Source: Eledone cirrhosa (lineage: Eukaryota). From it: a stretch of DNA of 64,000 nucleotides. Below are positions 46,280-59,000 of this stretch, piece by piece. The translations under genes were made by a program, and so were the position numbers. The stretch lies in NCBI GenBank assembly GCA_964016885.1, contig OZ024743.1:124186001-124250000 (forward strand), read 5' to 3'. Numbering within the stretch: the first letter of the stretch is position 1; every line of letters begins with the position of its first letter. Under the pieces are notes generated by a model. That model was not told where the DNA came from and did not search any database. It was given only the letters and a program-made list of their open reading frames with translations.

Positions 46280-47002
46280 TACACATACATACATGCATAT
46301 ATATATATACACATACATACATACATATATATATATACACATACATACATACATATATACACATACATACATACATATATACACATACATACATACATAT
46401 ATACACATACATACATACATATATATATACACATACATACATACATATATATATATATATACATACATATATATATATACACATACATACATACACATAC
46501 ATATATATACATACACATACATACATATATATATATATACATACATACATATATATATATACACATACATACATACACATACATATATATACATACACAT
46601 ACATACATATATATATATATATACACACATACTTATATATATATACATACATACACATACATATATATACATACACATACATATATATACATACATACAT
46701 ACACATATATATATATACATACACATACATATATATACATACACATACATACATATATATATACACACATACATATATATACATACACATACATATATAT
46801 GCATACACATACATACATATATATATATATATACACACATACATATATATATATATATATACATGCACACACACATATATATATATACATACATACACAC
46901 ACATATATATATACATACATACACACATATATATATACATACATACATACATACACACACACATATATACATACATACACACACACACACATATATATAC
47001 AT

Positions 47003-47045
<43 letters not shown>

Positions 47046-47137
47046 CATATATACATACATATACACACACATATATATATATATATACATACATACACAC
47101 ACACACATATATATATATATATACATACATACACACA
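45521..47137. repeat. (CATA)n/(TA)n/(CA)n microsatellite
   Basis: Seen directly. Confidence 0.97.
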
Positions 47138-47598
47138 TGGTGGCTGCCAACTCGTTTTCGAGTACGGCCACTACTTTATATCCATGTAGGAGAACCCCTA
47201 CCGATGCGCTGAACGAGTGTGACTTTTTAGTCCAGCCAGCCACTTGAAAACTCTGGTACAAACACTACACTTGTGACAACTATTGACACATAGTGCTGGG
47301 CCCATGGTACCTTGTGACGACAAGTGCAGAGAGATCTCCAGATATAAAGCAATGCCTGTGCCGTGAAGCTTTTATAGTGAGCAAAGGCACTGCACAAAGC
47401 CAGTCCCACTCTCTTGACCAAGATGATATTTACCAAAAAGAAGAACAAGTCAACATCATTGGATACCATCAGGGTTGCAGGTGTTATATCAGAGTTTTCC
47501 TTCTCCTAGAATCCTGTCTTGACAAAGGCTAAGGGGTCATCTCTCCCGGTCATTTTGGATGGCCATTGACTCTTAAGAGCTCCTTTACCCTTTACCCA
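47138..47598 (-). mobile_element. Probable RTE 5'UTR fragment
   Basis: Minus strand begins ggtaaagggtaaagg and contains ctaggagaaggaaaactctga, recalled as an RTE/BovB 5'UTR motif. Same strand as, and upstream of, the 43810-45520 RT. Confidence 0.45.
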
Positions 47599-47619
47599 CA
47601 CATATACATATATATACAT

Positions 47620-47700
<81 letters not shown>

Positions 47701-47703
<3 letters not shown>

Positions 47704-48124
47704 GATATTAAACAAATGGAAACTATATTTATAAAACCATATTTATTTCGTTATATATATTTCTGGGATATCATATTAAAAATATGGTATGCCTTCCTCA
47801 GACAAAATACAATACATAAGCTGTTTTATAAATAATTATTGACATACCTTATAATAATGCAACTTTTTAAATGGAAGTTGCATTATTATAAGGTATGTCA
47901 ATAATTATTTATAAAACAGCTTATGTATTGTATTTTGTCTGAGGAAGGCATACCATATTTTTAATATGATATCCCAGAAATATATATAACGAAATAAATA
48001 TGGTTTTATAAATATAGTTTCCATTTGTTTAATATCGTAAACCTACTCCAGAAACTGTTGAGTGCTTTTATATCAGTTATAAAATATTTACTCGTTGTAA
48101 CCCAACAATCTTAAATAAAACTTT

Positions 48125-48128
<4 letters not shown>
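47701..48128. repeat. 165-bp-arm palindrome (47701-47865 / 47875-48039) with ~90-nt extra right tail
   Basis: Arms read as exact reverse complements, with a 9-nt loop, inside (TA)n. Confidence 0.92.
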
Positions 48129-48164
<36 letters not shown>

Positions 48165-48264
48165 AGAAATAGGACGAAGGTAAACAATTACAAAAGAATT
48201 TAATCCACGTATTAACAATTGTTAATACTACAGAATCCCTACCAACCTGTCGAGTCACCTTAAC

Positions 48265-48355
<91 letters not shown>

Positions 48356-48410
48356 TACATAAATACACACACACACACATATATGTATATATATACATAT
48401 ATACATACAT

Positions 48411-48441
<31 letters not shown>

Positions 48442-48706
48442 CATATATACATACATACACACACACACGCGTATATATATATATATATACATATACACAC
48501 ACACATTTAAATATATATACATATATACATACACACACACACATTTATATATATATACATATATACATACACACACACATATATATATATATATATACAT
48601 ATATACATACACACACACACATATATATATACATATATACATACACACACTGACACACACACACATATATATATACATACCCACACACATATATATATAC
48701 ATATAT

Positions 48707-48767
<61 letters not shown>

Positions 48768-49138
48768 CATATATACATACACACACACACACATATATAT
48801 ATATATACATATATACATACACACACACACACATATATATATATACACACACAACGAAGTCTGTTACACACACCATATATATATATATCGAGTCACAACA
48901 CTCCTTTTAAACTACGCAAGTAGATAAATACATACACCGGCCCACACACAGTTTAGAATTTATATTACGTTTTATAAAATTTTCTCAGAATTTGTTATTC
49001 ATTTTATTTTGTATTCACCTCAATTTTATATACTTACCTTGAACACCTGTCAAACTTGTTTTGTTTACCTGTCTGTTTTTTTTTTGTTTTTTTTGTGTGT
49101 TTGTTTTCACTGTGTGGCGATTAAATATATGATAGTAT

Positions 49139-49858
49139 ATACGAGGTTTGTCAGAAAAGATTTATTTCAAACCCAAACTTCACACCAGAGTTTTCTCCTT
49201 CAAAGTAATCCCCCTGGAGTCTAATGCATTTTCCACCCTTTTCTGCCACGCTTACATGCACTCCTGGAAAGATTCTTCTGGGATCTTCCGCAGTTCCGTC
49301 GTCACGGCCTTTTTGATGTCGTCCACGTCTTCAAAACGGGTTCCCTCCGGGTCGTACTCGAAGATCCATGACTCATCACCGGTGATGACTGTCCTAGCAA
49401 GTTTCTGTCCTACCTGGTTCGGTTTCAAGACGCTCGAGGATGTCCTGGCACACTTGCATGCGTCGATACTTCTGGTCATCGTTCAGCAGTTTTGGCACCA
49501 TCTTCGCGCAGACTTTCTGCATGTCCAAATCTTCAGTGAGAATCTTCCAGACGCTGTCCCGATTCATGCCCAGCTCATTTGCCATCAGCCGAACAGTCAG
49601 CCGACGATCGCTACGCGCCATCTGCCTGACATGCTCAACGTTGACCTCAGTCCTGGTTGTTGAGGGCCTTCCGCTCCTGGGGTCATCTTCCACGTCCTCG
49701 CGTCCTTCTTTAAACCTCTTGCACCACTCAAAAACACGTGAGCGTGACATCGTCTTATTTCCATCCACTTGCTGCAGTAATCCCAGTGTTTCTGACGGAG
49801 TTTTCAAGTTTGTTCGTTGCTCTGTGTTCACTGCTTGACGACCTGAAACAGAGGACAT
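49139..49858 (-). mobile_element. Internally deleted mariner transposon
   Basis: VFEWCKRFKEGRE.VEDD.RSGRP, KVCAKMVPKLL and ITGDESW.FEYDPE joined to GTRFEDV. One TIR-like end TACGAGGTTTGTCAGAAAAG at 49140. Confidence 0.88.
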
Positions 49859-49868
49859 GTATATATAT

Positions 49869-49977
49869 TCTTGGTCAGTGTCCAAGTCTCAGACCCGTAC
49901 AGCAGCACAGACTCCACTACAGCAATGAAGAGGCGGATTTTCAGGTCTTTACGAAGGTCCGACTTCCACACCGATCT

Positions 49978-49980
<3 letters not shown>
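49869..49980 (-). mobile_element. Internal fragment of the 9228-11405 RTE family
   Basis: Reverse complement of ~10912-11024. Confidence 0.88.
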
Positions 49981-50061
<81 letters not shown>

Positions 50062-50066
<5 letters not shown>

Positions 50067-50302
50067 AAAATGTTCAAGACCCCGACGGCAGAGCTGAAGC
50101 CGTTTCGAAGGGTATTTCTGAATTAAATTAGATTTTTTCCAAAAAAATCTAATTTAGTTCCAGAAATAGCCGTCGAAACAGTTTGAGCTCAGCCGTCGGG
50201 GTCTTGATCATTTTCCTATTACCCACTCTACTACCCTAAGTATTGAGTACTCTGGTGCGTTATGGTACACCTGGTTCCATACCACACTTCCTTGGTTATC
50301 TA
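50062..50302 (+). repeat. Hairpin-headed short element (palindrome 50062-50219 + tail)
   Basis: Imperfect ~75-bp arms. A related opposite-orientation copy lies at 51848-52044. Confidence 0.7.
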
Positions 50303-50599
50303 AATATATATATATATATATATGTGTGTTTGACAAACACACACGTCTGTGATGAGAGTGCTGCAGCACTCCGTATCCAAATGCAGGAGTCAATGTCTCA
50401 TCAGGCAGTGAAGTAACTCTTCCACCGTGACATCAGAACTAGTTGGAGCCGCCGATCACCGATGTTGGCGACAGCACAATCTTAGGCAAATATGATGTTG
50501 TAAGACCGATTAACTGAACGCGTCAGAACAGCATGGAATTCAATGAGTCTGGTGTTGTGACTCCGAGCAGGACATCATACATCTCAGTTCATTTTCTCT

Positions 50600-51400
50600 T
50601 GTGAGCCGCCAAATGTAGAGACTTGAAAAATGTTTTCTTTCTTTTGTCGCCAGTCCAAGGTCCCCTGTGTAGCAAGTCAACCCTGATTTCAAGAATTCCT
50701 CTGACACCTATCTCTACAGAAAAAAAACATGATGCCCCCTAACCTCTGGTTTCACAGAGTTCAGCCAGCTCACTGTACTTCCTGGCTTTCCTGTTGGATG
50801 CATCATCGATGTTCACCTTTCTTGCACCACAGACGAGGTCTGATCCCTTGGTGGTAACAAGGGGAAAATGATATTTGCCGTCCATGTCAATTGAGATCTC
50901 CCAAACCCTCTTCCATTTTGGGTCAATCTGGTTCTGGATGGTTGAATGACTACAGTTCCTTCCAACTTCAAACTCCTCTCATAACACACTCTCCCTGTTA
51001 GCCACATTACATCAAGGCCACATGGTGAGTTCTCCCTTCCTCTCTCTTTACTGGTTAACTACCGCACACCTTCTCTCCTTCTCATTCATGGGGTAGTATG
51101 CTTTGAATTAAATGTTTTCAAAGCTCTTCCATCTCTCTCTGCAGGACCTACTATAGCTTCATATCCTATAGAGGCAACGAAGTACTCCATCTTCTCCGAC
51201 GTCATCCATTTTCTTCTAGTCATAATCCCCGGTGTAGTGAAACTGATGATTTGATCATTTAAATGGCGTAGCTTCAACACGGTCCACATGTTACCAAACT
51301 TGTACTGCTCGACTATTGATGGGATAGGTAATACACCATTCTTGTACCGAACCACACATGTAAAGGTTTGTGTCAATTCTAGCTATTTGTGAATACAGAT
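50600..51400 (-). mobile_element. Decayed R2/Hero-like LINE C-terminus (restriction-like endonuclease)
   Basis: LPI.SIVEQYK...D.II...P...T.RKW...IVG (51086-51376) and WEISIDMD...FP..TT..DLV...NIDDA.NRK.RKY.ELA..C..RG....SVEIG.RG (~50695-50905). Confidence 0.6.
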
Positions 51401-51596
51401 ATTGCATTTCGGCCTAATGATCTCGACGCGTGTTAACGTGACTTCATACAACATCAGTGGTCACTGCAGTCTGGGTGAGATGCAGTGCAAACTGCATGCA
51501 CCAGAGTTTAAACTTGTTTGGTAGTTATGTTTTATCTATTGCTGAAAGTCCATGCTTGTGCTTTTCTAACTTCAAAGTCATCCAGAAGAGACAGAG

Positions 51597-51816
51597 TGAA
51601 CAATGAAAAAAGACGAGATTCGGTGGCCTAATTAAGCACTGGACTTTGTCTTTTTCTTGTTTTCATTCTTCAACACACACACACATACATGTGTGTGTGT
51701 GTATGTGTATGTGTGTGTGTGTGTGTGCGCGCGTGCGTGTTAAACAATGAAAACAAGAAAAAGATAAGGCCCAGTGCTTAATTAAACCATCGAACCTCGT
51801 CTTTTTTCTTTGTTCA

Positions 51817-51820
<4 letters not shown>
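51597..51820. repeat. ~80-bp imperfect inverted repeat around (CA)/(TG)n
   Basis: aattaagcactgg..ttt.tctttttcttgttttcatt versus aatgaaaacaagaaaaaga.aa..ccagtgcttaatt. Confidence 0.75.
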
Positions 51821-51847
<27 letters not shown>

Positions 51848-52044
51848 ACATAGAAAGTGTGGTAAGAAACCAGGTGGACCATAACGCACCAGAGTACTCG
51901 ATACTTAAGGTAATAGAGTGGGTAATAGGAAAAGAATCATGACCCGACGGCCTGAGCTCCGGCCGTTTCGACAGCTAGATCCGAACGTAGGGATCCAGCT
52001 ATTGAAACGGCAGGCGCTCAGCCGCCGAAGTCCTGACTATTTCC
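51848..52044 (-). repeat. Second copy of the hairpin-headed short element
   Basis: 51850-51975 matches the reverse complement of ~50170-50295 and has its own hairpin at 51928-52044. Confidence 0.7.
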
Positions 52045-52087
<43 letters not shown>

Positions 52088-52302
52088 TAAAAAAGGTAAG
52101 CAGGAATAACAACACCATCGGTACAGTATATGGAAGGTAGATACAACTACTGCTTTTGAATCGAAGCCTTAGCTGTTTTCTCACCGGAGAATAACTATCC
52201 CGTGTACGGAAGATTATTGCCATAGCAACTCTATATATATCATACAGAATATATAAAATAGCAAAAATAATCAGTCTAATTTGTATGGCGTAATTAAATA
52301 AT

Positions 52303-52480
52303 TGTTTCTGCTTTAGGCACAAGGCCAGCAATTACCCAGTGCATTACTGGTACTTTATTTTATCGACCCCGTAAGGATGAAAGGCAAAGTCAACCTCGGC
52401 GGGATTTGAACTCAGATCGTAAAGAGACGTAACTATGCTGGAAAGCATGGCGTCCGACCCTCTACCCATACTGCCAATTA
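52303..52480 (-). mobile_element. tRNA-derived SINE with Nin/Deu-type central domain
   Basis: B box GAGTTCAAATCC followed by GCCTTTCATCCTT.CGGGGTCGATAAAATAAAGTACCAGT. Confidence 0.8.
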
Positions 52481-52599
52481 AATAATGAATCAATATTTAT
52501 GCTAGATCACATCACATATTTAAAGATTTGGGGTAAACTTAAGGCAGGTATAACTATGACGGGTCTAATGCTTTGATGGATGGTGGTCACTTTTCCTCC

Positions 52600-53700
52600 T
52601 TCTCAAACATGGCACTGGAGCGCCTAATCTTTCGCATTTGCAGAAGGGATGCGTTCCAGTGGCTAGGTCCTTCTGCTGTCAACATCAGCTGCGTGGAGAA
52701 CTGGGCATGCTGTGAATAATGGTACGTATACATGCGCTGAGGTTAAGACATCTTCAACGTTTCCTTGACACGTATTTCACCAGCTTGACACGTATTTCTC
52801 CTTGACAGAGCTGCAATCCTGAGTCAAGCAAAGACTGAAAGGGAGTGGGCACAGCCTTCAGCCAGTTGGGCACTGCGATCGGTGGAAAATCCACTTCGGC
52901 ATTCTATAGATGATTAAAGACAGAGGAAACTGATGATGATCTTGGGGAGACGGTGGGCGCCAAAGATTACCAGTTAGCCGTTTCCTTCCGGAGAACTCTT
53001 AGCCCGGGTCCGATGGATAACTTCCAAACATCCCTGGCCTGGCAGTGCTATCGGGGGAGCGGGAGCATAGCCAGTTCTAGATAAACTCTACAGACACGGA
53101 AGTGCCGTCAACCGAGCCTGTCCGAGATGTGCACAGTGCGACAAAACGGTCTTGCACTCACTGGTCCAGTGTCCGAGCATTGCTGACTTGTGGAGCTATG
53201 TCGAACAGTTGCTGCCGCGTGTATGACGGATCCGGCTATCGGTTGAATCAATCGTGTAAATAATCCCTTCATCTTCCTTTAGTCAGAAAGGATGGAAAGT
53301 TTTTATCTACCTGGTAGCTAAGGCAAAAGTGGTCGGGTGGTGGATGCACTCGAAAGGGTTAATGACAGACACGTTACTCTTCAGCGAAGCCTCAATTAAC
53401 TTTTTCAAGTGTCATTTGAACGGAGCTGCTCTGAGTATGCACCTATAGATTAAAGGAGGGCAACTGGGAAATGGCGCTAGCCCTAGCGGTCAGGGTAGCC
53501 GTGGCTTTTTGTGGGCTTTTTTTCACGAGTGATCCTCGAAAGTCTCCCCTCTATTGGCGAACTTTCTTGTTTGAATTTCTTTTATATTTGTTAAATTTTT
53601 ACACGAAATAAATAAATGAATAAGTAAAACATAAAAACACAGTGTATTGTCTCCGTTGTCCTGTGCCGTCGGATAACATGCTTTGCGGCATTTAGTTACA
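52600..53700 (+). mobile_element. Old Tx1-like LINE 3' fragment
   Basis: Decayed HALRLRHLQ and PGPMDNFQ.SLAWQCYRG, homologous to ORF 61606..62907. Confidence 0.75.
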
Positions 53701-53714
53701 TCCATTTACCTTCT

Positions 53715-54040
53715 AATTTCAACTTTGCCTTTCATCCTTACGAGGTCCATAAAATAAACTACCTGTAACGTACTGGGGTCGATTTAATTGACTTTCTCCT
53801 CCCCCATTATTAAGGGCGGTGGATTGGCAGTATCGGTAGAGGGTCGGACTCCATGCTTTACAGCATAGAGTTACGGCCCTTTATATTCTGAATTCAAATA
53901 CCACCGTGGTTAGTTTTGCCTTTCATCCTTACGGGGTCGATAAAATAAAGCAATTAGTAATGCAGTGGGGTTGATTTAATCGAATTTCCCATCCCCCAAA
54001 ATTGTTTGCCTTGTGCCTAAATCAGAAACCATTATTATTA
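53715..54040 (+). mobile_element. Partial plus full SINE copies (same family as 52303)
   Basis: GCCTTTCATCCTTACG.GGTC.ATAAAATAAA at ~53727 and ~53918; the second copy ends ttgtgcctaaatcagaaacc(att)n. Confidence 0.8.
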
Positions 54041-54044
54041 AACC

Positions 54045-55830
54045 CACAATTCGGTCTTTGATGGGCCAGGATGGGCGTGTGTTACTCGATTCCAAACAAA
54101 TATGTTCGGCTTTCCACCTGCACTTTGCACAGTTGTTCAGGGCAACGGAGTGACAAAGATGGTAGCAGACACCTGACAAAGACGGCCGACTGCGATTCTC
54201 GGCGGAAGATGCGGAGTGCTGTAAAAGCCGTTAACAGCAATTAAATACAAATGGCTTCTGAGTACGACGCGCTGAATGTCTGGTTTGCACTACGAACTTT
54301 CTGCAAATATGTTAGATTTGTTCGCCGATGTCCTAACAGCTATCTACTACAGAAAGGGAGGATTCCTAGTTTTCTGAGCCGTGGAGTAGTAACGCTGTTG
54401 GGGAAAGACACAAACAAGGGGGACATAATTAAAAACTTCCTGTTCATAATTCTGCTCAACATAGAGGTTAAGATTTTGGTGAAGGTGCTAGCAAGAAGAA
54501 TGATGTTTGTCGAAGAAAGACTGGTCGAGAAGATGGCGTAGATGTGTGCAATCCCGATCAGGTATATCCCCGACAACCTCAACCTATGCGATAGAGAGAG
54601 TAGTGAGTAAACCTGGCTTCGGTGGGGCTCTGATTAATTAGGATCAATCAAAAGAGTCGCCTATCGATACTAGGAGGCTGGATCGCTTCAATGTACAGCA
54701 ACATCTGTGTTGTGGTCGGAATAAATAGCCACATATCAAACCTGTTTCACATTACGTAGTTGGTCTATATTTTCTGATTCCCGAGCCCCTGTTATAGAAG
54801 CTGAAACCGTTGAAGGTCTTACCGCTCGAACCGAGACGTGGAAAAACTGTGCGAAATCGAGATCGTTGGTACCTCCCGAAAGGCATACGAAACATTAACA
54901 CGGGCAAAACTTGCAGCTCACCGTCTAGAGAGGCAAGCCTATGTCACCCGACAGTTGCTAGGTGTCATGTTCGATCAGATAACCGGCAGGGTGGCCATTC
55001 TCATCCAGAAATGGGTTAAGAGGAAGTTAGCGAAAGGTTGGGCAGAGGTGGCGAACGCGTACATCACCTCTGTTATATATTACCAGCTAACCATCGTGTC
55101 TAGCCTTAGATTTCATTTCATCTGATTGAAGTGTCGGCTCTTTATTTTCTGCTGGCAACACCATTTGTGCGGAGGGCTAGGCATGCCATGGCTGTTGATA
55201 CTACAACATCTGCAAACATCCTTAAACGGTGAGCAGATGAAGTGTCGCCCTTTGTCAGGAGCTTTTTTTGCAGCTCGTCTCTTTAACTAAACTGCAATCT
55301 TGGGTCAAGCGAAGACCGTAACTGGGCACCTATCATCTGGAATGTTGTCAGACACTCACAGCCCTCTGTCAATTGAACAATGTGGTCAGTAGAAATTCCA
55401 CCTTAGCGCTCTATTGAGGATTTGTGATGAGCAAGAACAACGTTCTCGGGGAAACTCTAGGCGTTGATTAAGATGAACCGACTAGGAGGAATTTCAGCCC
55501 CGGGCCTATAGATAATTCAAGAAACCCTAGACTTGCCAGTGATACTGGGGGAACTGCCAGTTCGAGACAAACTTTACAGAGACAAACGGCCTGTCCAAGA
55601 TGCACACGGAGCGCTGAAACTGTGTAGCGTCCGTGCATTGCTGACTTGTGGAGTTTCGTCGAACAGCTTTGGTTGTGTGTAGGACAGATCTAGTCATCAG
55701 GTAGACCGCCCCACCACCTTTTGGTTGGGAAGGACAGGTAGTTTTCTTCTCTCCGGTACCCATGCAAAAAAGATTGTGTCATGGACTAGGCTAAAAGGAC
55801 GCTTGGCTTTTTGTCGCCCGTGTGGTAGTA
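54045..55830 (+). mobile_element. Old, multiply deleted Tx1-like LINE
   Basis: GRIPSF.SRGVVTLL.KD.NKGD.I.NF..I.LLN.E.KIL.KVLA and further ORF2 remnants. Confidence 0.75.
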
Positions 55831-56031
55831 CGAGCATGTGATGAGTATCTAGGTGTTGAAATATACTTGTAGTCGGAGTTGTATGGGCATGCGAGTCATA
55901 ATAACCCCAGAAGACCATAAAGTTATTCTGGAGCTGTATCCAAGATAAGTTAGTTTTTTACTTTATAAATCGAACAGTTTAAGCTGCATATGACTTATCT
56001 ACAGAACATTGCCCTGGACTGGAACAGATAA

Positions 56032-56064
<33 letters not shown>

Positions 56065-56069
56065 TAGAT

Positions 56070-59000
56070 ATGTTTCTTTATTAGCCACAGGGGCACAAAA
56101 GAAGGGGACAAATACAAAGGGAGAAGTTTACATACAATAAAAACGTGTAAAATATTATTACAAATGCAATTTAAAAATTAGTCGATTTTCCCCAATAGGG
56201 GAAGACATTTCATATGGGTAACACATACACCCGAAAAAAAATATGCAACCCTCATCTCCAGGAGTACGAAGAGTTTGTACTCCTTTCCTCTCCTCCTCTT
56301 TTTCCTCAACCTACAGGCTGATATAGAGAGAAGGCCCATTCACTCAGGCCATTCTCGCCACTTTCACCCACCTTTCATAAAACTTGCTGGGTTACAGCAC
56401 CTCTCTCTCCATCCTGATTCTTCTTCCAAAGTGGTATTTGAAAAAAAGAATCAGTTGTTGGCCGGAGAGAAAGGTGTCTGACCTCAGCCCTTTCAACCTT
56501 GTCCACCATACAACCTCTTTCGCCATAGCTATCACACAAAGGAAAACCGCCTCTCCTTCGTTTTTGAAGGAGGGTGGCGGTTTGATCATGACAATGGACT
56601 CTGTGGTCAACCGGATTGGTCCCACCCGCGACAATAGTCGTTCTACATAGCCCCACAGGTCGGTGACGCCCGGGCAGTGTATGACGGTTTCTTCGTCTCG
56701 CACGCAACTCGGACAGATCTTTTTTGCAGGGTCCCTGCCCGGGCGCCCATGTCTGTAGAGCTTGTCTCGAACTGGTAGAGCTCCTCGGTAGCACTGCCAG
56801 GCCAAGGACTTTTAGAAGTTGTCCATCGGTCCCGGGCGGAAGGTCCTACCGAACAGACTTGCCAGTTCGTCTTCCTCTACGCCTAGAGTTTCACCGAGCA
56901 CGTCGTCGCACTTGCTGCGGATCAACCCTCTATAGAATGACGAAATGGAGTCTCCACTGATCGCCGGGTCCGCCTGCCAGAGGGCTGTGAGCGTCTGAGC
57001 ACATTCGATGTGCCAGTCGCCCATTTTCCTCGGTCTTTGCTTGACCCAGGACTGCAGCTCGGTCAGCGAGACGAGTCGTGAGAGGCCTCTCCTCACGAAC
57101 GGGGCCCACACCGGTTGTCCGGTGAGGAATACGTGGAGATGCCGCAGCCTGAGCGCGTGTTTGCGCATCATCAGCCACGGCATCCCCAGCCCTCCGTTGG
57201 AAGGGCGTTGGCAGCAGATGGATCTTCTCACCAAAGGAGCCTGCCTCTTCCAAAGGAATTGGAAGAGCGCACGCTCCATTTTGGCACGACGGTCAAGCAG
57301 TAGTAGATGGCGGACGCTATAAAAGTGTTCGCCACCTCCGCTTGACCTTTCAAGGATAGTTTGCACTCGGCCCATACTGGGTGAGTGCAAACACCTTGGC
57401 CGACACCACGTTCCAGTTCTTCTTCACCTGGAGGTCCGGACCAAACCAGATCCCGAGCAGCGTCCGACGACGCCATCGGAAGGCATCGGTCTGCCTCTCC
57501 ACGATCCGAGTTGCAAACCGATGGACTTGTCCCGTTTCAGCTTCGCTCCTGTGAACCTTTCGTATTCCATCAGTAAGGTGCCGACTTCCTCGATTTGCGA
57601 GACGCTCGACACCATTACTATCACGTCGTCGGCGTAGGCCGACGCCGCTTTCCGCAGTCCCGGTTCCAGAGGGATGCCCTGCAATATCTCCAACTTCCAC
57701 AGTAGTGGCTAGAGAGTCAATACGTACAGAAGGGAGGAGAGAGGGCATCCCTGTCTAATGAATCGCGTGATATGGAACGGCTCCGAGAGGTAGCCTTTCA
57801 CCTTAACCCTTGAGCAGATGTTGCTGTTATGCATTGAGAGCAATCCAGCCCCTGAACACGGGTCCGAAGCCTACCGCCTCGAGCACCGCATCCAGGTAAC
57901 GATGGTCAACCCTATCGAAAGCCTTAGACTGATCCAAGTTGATCAGGGCCCCACCGAAGCCGGGTTTACACCCTACCCTCTCTATGATGTATCGCATGAG
58001 GTGGAGGTTGTCATGTATGGACCTGGTCGGGATTGCGCATGTCTGCGCTTCTCCCACCAGGTTCTCGACGACAAGCGCCAGCATCTTTGCCAACACCTTG
58101 GCCAAAATCTGTAATTCTGTGTTTAGCAGAGTTATGGGCCGGAAGTTGCCTATGTCACCTCCTTATTCTCGTCCTTCCTGACTAGTGTGACTACGCCCCC
58201 GGTCACAGAACTGGGAATTCTCCCGTTCTGTTGCCAGTTGCAGTAGACCGCTTCCAGGAGACCGGAGAAAAAGTCCGGCATTGCTACGTAAAATTCGTAG
58301 GGTAGACCGTCGAGATCTGGAGATTTGCGTTTGCCGCATTGGCTCAACGCGTCCCCTATCTCAGCGGCTGAAATCGGCTTTTCGCAGAACTTTGCCTCGC
58401 TGTCCGAGAGTCGCGGTAGGCCGTCGAGGTATGGACCGAAATCCATAGCCCCTCCCGGCGCGCCGCCCTGCCCGAACAGCTGAGCAAAGTGCCGCTGAAA
58501 GGCCGCACACATCTGCTTCGGCTCACGTATCACGCGTCCGTTTTGGTCCTTCAAAGACCGAATCGTGGACTTGTTGCCACTTTTTGCCTCCGTCACTCGG
58601 GCCCAGCTAACAGCTTTGGCTCCCTCGTTTCCCAGAGCACATATTTTGCTTCTGACAACGCAGCCCTCGTGCTTTGCGTCCAAGAACTGGTCCAAGGCCG
58701 TTCTCGTTGCTAGCACGCTGGCTACGTTGCCACTTATAATTACCTCTTCTACTTTATCTACCAGTTCTTTCTCGGTTCTATTTCTATCTCACGCTAATTC
58801 TTTACTAAAAACTAACGAGTCTAATCTAACTGCCCTCTTGAGAGAGTACCACCATCTGTTGTTGACAATGGCCCTTGTCAAGTGCTGTTTAACTAAAGTG
58901 CTAATCCGTCTACTGTAGGCTTTGCATGTCGGTAACGACAAGTTCAGCTTCCAGTAACCGGGTCCTTGTCTATTGGTTCTATCAAGGTTGACCATGCAGG

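Noticed and set aside
47138-47598. HDV-like ribozyme in the putative RTE 5'UTR
   Set aside because: Expected for some RTEs, but the nested double pseudoknot could not be assigned by eye; needs a descriptor search.
50302-51848. Composite DNA transposon bounded by the 50062/51848 inverted copies
   Set aside because: Copies are diverged, their tails point inward into separate (TA)n tracts, and there is no TSD or transposase; independent insertions are more likely.
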